Below are positions 59,047 to 64,000 of a DNA stretch of 64,000 bases, in pieces (the first letter of the stretch is position 1; each line of letters opens with the position of its first letter). Source of the DNA: Candidatus Latescibacterota bacterium. GTDB lineage: Bacteria > Latescibacterota > UBA2968 > GCA-2709665. Under the pieces are notes generated by a model that made no database searches, was not told where the DNA came from, and saw nothing but the letters and a program-made list of their open reading frames with translations. Position numbers and translations under genes: made by a program. The stretch is taken from positions 192,001-256,000 of the forward strand of contig OZ242358.1 in the NCBI GenBank assembly GCA_965208835.1, in the 5' to 3' direction.

Positions 59047-60186
59047 ATGGCCACCAGAATATTGTTTGCGTTGTTCGTCGTTACGAGCGTATGGGCCTGT
59101 GGCGGCGATTCGGTGACCACGTCGGCGCCGCCGGCCCTTGAAAGGGGTCTCCACGAGGTCGGCAATCTGAATCAGCAACGGCATTGGCACGCGGCAACAT
59201 TGTTGCCGAACGGAAAGGTCCTGATCGCAGGCGGCCTGGCGGAGCCGCCTGAGGAAGTCCAGGACCCGTCGCCGGGCGGTACTGTCATCTGGCGGCCCTC
59301 GGGTCCTCTCGCCAGCGCGGAGGTGTTCGATCCTGAAACGGGGGTCTCTACGCCAACCGGAGATTTGACCGTCAGACGTTACAACGACAATGGATTCTTG
59401 CTTCCTGACGGTCGCGTCCTGATCATGCCCGGAAATGGAATTCTCCCAATAGAGATGTACGATCCGCATTCCGGCAGATTCGACGCCGTGGCAGGGATGC
59501 CGTCCAATGTAGACATCACGACTGCAACGCTGCTACCCAATGGAGAGGTCTTTGTGACCAGCTGGGACCACACGGGTGTCTTCGATCCGGATGCGCGCGC
59601 ATTTCACTCCATCTTTAAGAGGGAGGAAACTCGAAGACTCCATACAGCGACGCTCTTGAAGGACGGACGCGTGTTGATCGTTGGAGGATTACGTGGCGGG
59701 CAATTCGAAGACGGGTTGGTTGGACGGAACGTCCTTTACGATCCCACTTCCAGGGGTGTATCCGAAGCTGGTAATCTGCAGTTCGACCGCATAAACCATA
59801 AGGCGGTGCTTCTTCAGGACGGCAGGGTCCTGATCTTAGGCGGTACCACGAATAGACGGTCGTGGGTACAGACGGCCGAGATCTATAATCCTGAAACCAA
59901 TACCTTTTCGCCGGCTGGGGTTTCTACGATCGACCCGAGCGCCGCCGTGCTGTTGCCGTCCGGCGACGTGCTCCTCATCCGATCGTATAACGGCGATATC
60001 GCACTGTATAATCCCGATACGCATGTATTTTCACCTACGGGACACAGCATTGGATGGCGGTCGTTGCCTACGGTAACGCTGCTTGCAGACGGCCGCGTCA
60101 TGATTGCCGGCGGAGCGAAGGATACCGGCGATGGGCATTCCGTCAAGGAGGAGATTACGGATCAGATTCTCATTTTCACGCCCTGA
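59047..60186 (+). CDS. Kelch-repeat beta-propeller lipoprotein (kelch 7)
   Basis: Lipobox VWA-C-GGD; kelch motifs; ends DQILIFTP. Confidence 0.9.
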   Translation: MATRILFALFVVTSVWACGGDSVTTSAPPALERGLHEVGNLNQQRHWHAATLLPNGKVLIAGGLAEPPEEVQDPSPGGTVIWRPSGPLASAEVFDPETGVSTPTGDLTVRRYNDNGFLLPDGRVLIMPGNGILPIEMYDPHSGRFDAVAGMPSNVDITTATLLPNGEVFVTSWDHTGVFDPDARAFHSIFKREETRRLHTATLLKDGRVLIVGGLRGGQFEDGLVGRNVLYDPTSRGVSEAGNLQFDRINHKAVLLQDGRVLILGGTTNRRSWVQTAEIYNPETNTFSPAGVSTIDPSAAVLLPSGDVLLIRSYNGDIALYNPDTHVFSPTGHSIGWRSLPTVTLLADGRVMIAGGAKDTGDGHSVKEEITDQILIFTP

Positions 60187-60217
60187 GTGTTACCGCGTAC
60201 CCGGTCTGTAGCGCCGA

Positions 60218-60770
60218 GGAAGCCGGTTTGAGGGTGGGGCGGACATTCCTGTCTGCCGGCATCAACATGCTGCTGTCGGAATGCAGATTGAGGGAGCAGA
60301 GGGCAGGTTTGAAACCTGCCCCTACAATTGATTTATCCGGTCAGATTCTCATCCAGAGGACTTGCCCTGAGCTTGTCGAAGGGTCCCCCAGGCCGACGAA
60401 GGATCTACTGCAGCATGGGATCAACCCGGTGCGATTTGCCCGTGTCCATATCTGCGAGGCAGCACGTCCTCTTCCTGTGCGGAACGTAAGTGACGGTAGA
60501 TTCTTCGCTGCGCTCAGAATGACATGATTTGCAATAACCGGGGACGAAATGTATACTTAGTTCGTGAGCTAGAACTGTGATGCAAAGGAGGCCGCCACGA
60601 AGGCGATGGGTCCGCGCACAGGTTCGTCTACAATGGCCACATGCTACACGTTCAATCGAGAAGACGGGAGATTCTTCGCTACGCTCAGAATGACATGATT
60701 TGCAATAACCGGTGTCGAAATGTATACTTCAATTGCGGGCCCGGACTGTAATTCTGAGGAAGCCGGTGTC
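60218..60770. repeat. Mosaic REP-like spacer closing the kelch array
   Basis: Boundary element, copy of the 57475 block, and a direct duplication of AGATTCTTCGCT.CGCTCAGAATGACATGATTTGCAATAACCGG (about 60498 and 60669). Confidence 0.85.
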
Positions 60771-60799
60771 TGGTTTACAGAATTGGAGAGGACTGCAAA

Positions 60800-61336
60800 A
60801 TGCAACTGAGGTTTGGATGGAAATCCTGGGTGTTGATGGGCATCGCGGTTGTGCTGGCGGGTGTCGCTCTGGGGCAGATGCTCGTGGAGACGCCGGAGCC
60901 GCAGAACGCACTGCCCGTGGGCCCGGCCGCACCCGACTTCGCGCTGGACAGCCCGGACGGCTCGGTTATCCGGTTATCCGATAATAAGGACCGTGTTGTC
61001 CTGATCAACTTCTGGGCCACCTGGTGCGTACCGTGCCTGTACGAATTGCCGCATATTCAGAAGTTGCACGAACGGTATCGCAATAGGGGCCTGACAGTAC
61101 TTGCCATCAGCTCCGACTTCGACCGGGCGCGCGTGGAGCCGTTTGTCCGGAAAAACGGCTACACCTTTCCGGTGCTGTTCGCCGATCCCGGCGTTCAATC
61201 CGACTACGACGTCCGGAGCATTCCAACCACCTATCTGGTCGACAGGAAAGGCCGCCTCAGATTCGCGCAAACGGGCTACGGACCCGACACGGAAACGGAA
61301 CTGGACTGGGCGCTCGAACAGCTGTTGGGAAGGTAG
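60800..61336 (+). CDS. TlpA/ResA-family thiol-disulfide oxidoreductase, membrane anchored
   Basis: N-terminal TM/signal, APDF.L, LINFWATWCVPC, IPTTYLVDRKG. Confidence 0.93.
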   Translation: MQLRFGWKSWVLMGIAVVLAGVALGQMLVETPEPQNALPVGPAAPDFALDSPDGSVIRLSDNKDRVVLINFWATWCVPCLYELPHIQKLHERYRNRGLTVLAISSDFDRARVEPFVRKNGYTFPVLFADPGVQSDYDVRSIPTTYLVDRKGRLRFAQTGYGPDTETELDWALEQLLGR

Positions 61337-61508
61337 ACGTAGAAGGGAATTCGTCCGGAGTGCGGTGAGGTAATGGTAAACTGGGCGTGTGCGGGGGAAT
61401 GAGCGGCAGGGGTCTGCGCGGAACGGCTCAGGTCCAGGAATGCATCGCCACCCGGTTGTCCTCGCAGTCTTCGAAATGAGCGACGAAACCGTGTTCGCCG
61501 ATATTCCG

Positions 61509-61949
61509 TTACGGCGTGGCAGGGCGTTCCCATGTCTCGATCGGCCCCGGCACCACAACAAATAACGGGTGCGGAAGGGGCGTGCGCGCCGATTCGAGCC
61601 TTCCGAGCGCGTCCGGGTCGCGGCGTTTGAGCTTGGCGGACAGATGGGTTCGTTCGTAACTCAACTGGCCGTCGGTCACTCGAATGGGCGGTAAATCGGA
61701 ACCCGGCGTCCCAATCAGGTTCCTGTTGAATCGGTAGCCACGCTGACAGGCTTCGACATAAACGCTGTGCAGATAGGTCGCGATCGCGGCGGAAGGATCC
61801 GGATGGGCGCGAAACCGCTTGAGTTGCGGGTGATGGCGGTACCCCCGCGTGGCGCCCGCGAGTACCTTCCGGGCGAGCAGCCCCTCGCGCCAGAGGGCAA
61901 TCAGCCCTTTCGCGTCCAGAAAACGTGGATGCAGAGACCAGAGACGCAT
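61509..61949 (-). CDS. Pyrimidine dimer DNA glycosylase / endonuclease V family protein
   Basis: MRLWSLHP..LD.KGL.ALWREGLLA.KVL.G.TRGY.HHPQL.RF; ends HPLF..VPG..E.WE. Confidence 0.82.
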   Translation of the reverse strand: MRLWSLHPRFLDAKGLIALWREGLLARKVLAGATRGYRHHPQLKRFRAHPDPSAAIATYLHSVYVEACQRGYRFNRNLIGTPGSDLPPIRVTDGQLSYERTHLSAKLKRRDPDALGRLESARTPLPHPLFVVVPGPIETWERPATP

Positions 61950-61992
61950 CGCAACTGTCTATGAAATCGACCGGTAAGCTGCGACGACGCTT

Positions 61993-62694
61993 CTACGGCG
62001 CAGGCGTGGATGGTGGAAGAATTACCGCCACTGCGTCCGCGGTCTCGTCGACGCGATCGAACAGGTCTACCGCCTGCTGTCTGTTCATCTGGAAGTCGAT
62101 GGTGACCGTTTCCGTGGGCATGAACGCGCCCTGCGCAAAAACCGACACGCGTTTGTCGTTCACGGGATTCCAGATTTCTACGACCCTGCCTTCGAACTCG
62201 CTCCCATAGGCCGCGTACGCCACGTTGCTTCGAGGTCTGTTTCCGCTGGGAACGCCGACTCGGACCCGCTTGCCAAGATACTGAAACGGAGACTGTAATC
62301 CGTGCGCCCGGCCGCGAAGATCGGCGATCAGCGGATTTTCGGCGATCGCGGCTTCGAGTCGCGCCTTCCGCGCTTCAATGGTTTCGCTCCCGCCCTGCGT
62401 CGCATCCGGCATTTCATCCGCCAGGCGCCCGGCAATGGCGCTGTTCCGGTAGTGATAGACGTCCTTTGCAGTCAACCACCCCAGCGTCGCTTCCCTGGCG
62501 AAATCCCTGCTCCAGATCGAGTCCAGGACGGCGTCGTGCGCCACCATTTTGTCTTCGATCCGCATCTGAATGGCGTTCTCGGCGTCGTAGTTGATGGTAA
62601 CATTGATCGGGGCGATGTACGCGATATATGCCAGGTACGCGCAGCCCGCCGCCAGAACGACCTCGATGACTGTACGGATGTGTGAACTCGACAT
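61993..62694 (-). CDS. Hypothetical membrane-anchored protein
   Basis: 233 aa with one N-terminal hydrophobic segment; GTG start after GAGGAGG; no family recognised. Confidence 0.65.
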   Translation of the reverse strand: MSSSHIRTVIEVVLAAGCAYLAYIAYIAPINVTINYDAENAIQMRIEDKMVAHDAVLDSIWSRDFAREATLGWLTAKDVYHYRNSAIAGRLADEMPDATQGGSETIEARKARLEAAIAENPLIADLRGRAHGLQSPFQYLGKRVRVGVPSGNRPRSNVAYAAYGSEFEGRVVEIWNPVNDKRVSVFAQGAFMPTETVTIDFQMNRQQAVDLFDRVDETADAVAVILPPSTPAP

Positions 62695-62999
62695 TTCTTC
62701 CCTCCTCTTTCCGACGGTTCTTCGTTAGTTCAGACAACTGTGGTTTTGGCGCCAGCCGTCAAGATGCCTCGCAAGCGATCGTGTCCTGTCCCGAAAATTC
62801 CTCACCATTCGACCGCCGATTCATCCTGTCTCGCTACGTTCCCCTCGCTCGCCGACCTTGCGCAGGTCGGTGGCGCCTTGCGAGCCGGGCGACTCGGCGA
62901 TCGAGTTCAGGCAACTTATTTTCGGGGCAGAACACTAGGGGCAACGGTTTTCATTCGCTTCAGGGCTCCTTTCTCCGACGGGCATCCGTCAGCCATTAA

Positions 63000-63310
63000 C
63001 CTTGATTCGTAAGTTTTCGTGGGCGCTAAATCGAATATGTGCAAGTTGATAAAGGCGACAAAACTGCGGATTTCAAGGATACACCAGGTTACTGGACGTG
63101 TTCGTGACCTCTCCCCCCGGCCGCCTACCACCTGGTGAGAGGGGAGACGTTAGACGGGAGAGATCGGATGCCGTAAAGGGATTCTTTTTTGCCGCAGGCA
63201 AGTCGGAGGAACAAATCGGCAAGGGCTTCTTCTACCGTCTACCGGCTCCCGTCTCCCCGCATTCAGGCCTCTTGTGGCCAATTTGACTGTTGTCTCTTTT
63301 CGAATTGAGG
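63000..63310. mobile_element. Composite MITE (311 bp) with TTAA target-site duplication
   Basis: TTAA|CCTTGATTCG ... CGAATTGAGG|TTAA; left part shared with 45783-45883, right part with 10130-10302. Confidence 0.75.
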
Positions 63311-63353
63311 TTAATAGATCAGGTAGTCTACTGCCGTACCATTACAACTGTGT

Positions 63354-64000
63354 TTACTTTCTTCCGGAATACGCCCGTCCCACCTCCGCCACGGCCTCTC
63401 GGCCTCCGGAACAGATCATCACCCCTTCATCTATCATCTCCCTGATGTTTTCCTCGTTCGCGCCGTTCAGGAAGAACAGACCGGCGTCCTTGCAGGCCGC
63501 CATCACGCGGGCCCGGGCGGCCCGGATTTCAGGCGGGTAGGGCGGATCGTGCCGATCGGCGTGCCCAAACGACATACCCATATCCCCGGGGCCCCATTCG
63601 CCGAACGCGAGCCCCTGTACCCTTGCCGTGGCTTCAGCATTGGCCAGCGCGCGTTTGTTCTCGATCTTCACGCCCAGCATCAACTCGCCGCCGGGACTCA
63701 GCGGCCACGGGTCGGCCTTCTCCAGGTAATCAGCGGCGGACAGGCCCCAGATCTGCGCGGCCCACCCCTGACCCCCGGCGCCGCGCCGCCCGTCACGGTG
63801 CCCCTCCGCCGGTTTCCGGAACGGATACCTGCAACTTTCCACGAAAGCGCGGACTCCCTCCGGGTCTTCGGCATGGCACAGGAGTATCCCGTGTACGCCC
63901 CGTGCCAGCGCCTGTTTGAACATCCATGCATTGGCCCGGACCTCCGCTTCGCTCGAACCCTCCACCGGCAGATCGACGATGACGGCGGGCGTCCGGTGCC
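63354..64000 (-). CDS. HpcH/HpaI aldolase/citrate lyase family protein (5' part lies beyond the window)
   Basis: KQALARGVHGILLCH, CRYP..G.RG.G, LGVKIEN, EWGPGDMGMSFG; frame open to the window edge. Confidence 0.8.
   Translation of the reverse strand, partial: HRTPAVIVDLPVEGSSEAEVRANAWMFKQALARGVHGILLCHAEDPEGVRAFVESCRYPFRKPAEGHRDGRRGAGGQGWAAQIWGLSAADYLEKADPWPLSPGGELMLGVKIENKRALANAEATARVQGLAFGEWGPGDMGMSFGHADRHDPPYPPEIRAARARVMAACKDAGLFFLNGANEENIREMIDEGVMICSGGREAVAEVGRAYSGRK

Noticed and set aside
38813-60186. Galactose/glyoxal oxidase annotation for the kelch proteins
   Set aside because: They are only about 360-380 aa and lack the C-terminal domain needed for the copper site.
13622-60257. CRISPR array interpretation of the ~41-bp repeats
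   Set aside because: Copies are separated by whole genes (over 1 kb) rather than 30-40-bp spacers, and no cas genes are present.
53569-60257. Integron cassette array
   Set aside because: No tyrosine integrase and no RYYYAAC...GTTRRRY attC boxes were seen; the genes are paralogs rather than diverse cassettes.
61509-61949. Prophage signal from the endonuclease V-like gene or the XRE gene
   Set aside because: No structural, integrase or replication phage genes nearby; both families occur in bacterial chromosomes.

Overview
GC-rich (about 60%) bacterial chromosomal window; the gene families and repeat style suggest Latescibacterota/Gemmatimonadota-like bacteria (inference only). The left end holds catabolic genes (CocE hydrolase, heparinase II/III-like protein, Gfo/Idh/MocA oxidoreductase, phytoene-dehydrogenase-like enzyme), SUI1, and an inserted AAA_21 ATPase + TOPRIM-like (DUF4276/RloB-type) pair that may be anti-phage. 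From about 10 to 61 kb lies an almost entirely co-oriented cell-envelope paralog island: a sigma-54 two-component system with a consensus -24/-12 promoter, five orphan MacB/FtsX-type ABC permeases (no ATPase), five large secreted TPR + GWxTD-domain proteins, seven kelch beta-propeller lipoproteins with hypervariable loops, an Fn3 protein, an XRE regulator and a TlpA thioredoxin. One ~41-bp palindromic element precedes each of the five permeases and recurs, inverted, five times at boundaries of the kelch array, which suggests cassette-like amplification. The fifth permease is cut by an IS1595-family element with perfect 22-bp terminal inverted repeats, carrying a translationally coupled DNA methyltransferase-nuclease passenger gene. 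The missing target duplication and missing gene half indicate an adjacent deletion. Several MITEs (two with 4-bp target duplications), REP doublets and a cobalamin-riboswitch-like remnant are also present. No rRNA, tRNA, CRISPR array, integrase or reverse transcriptase was seen.
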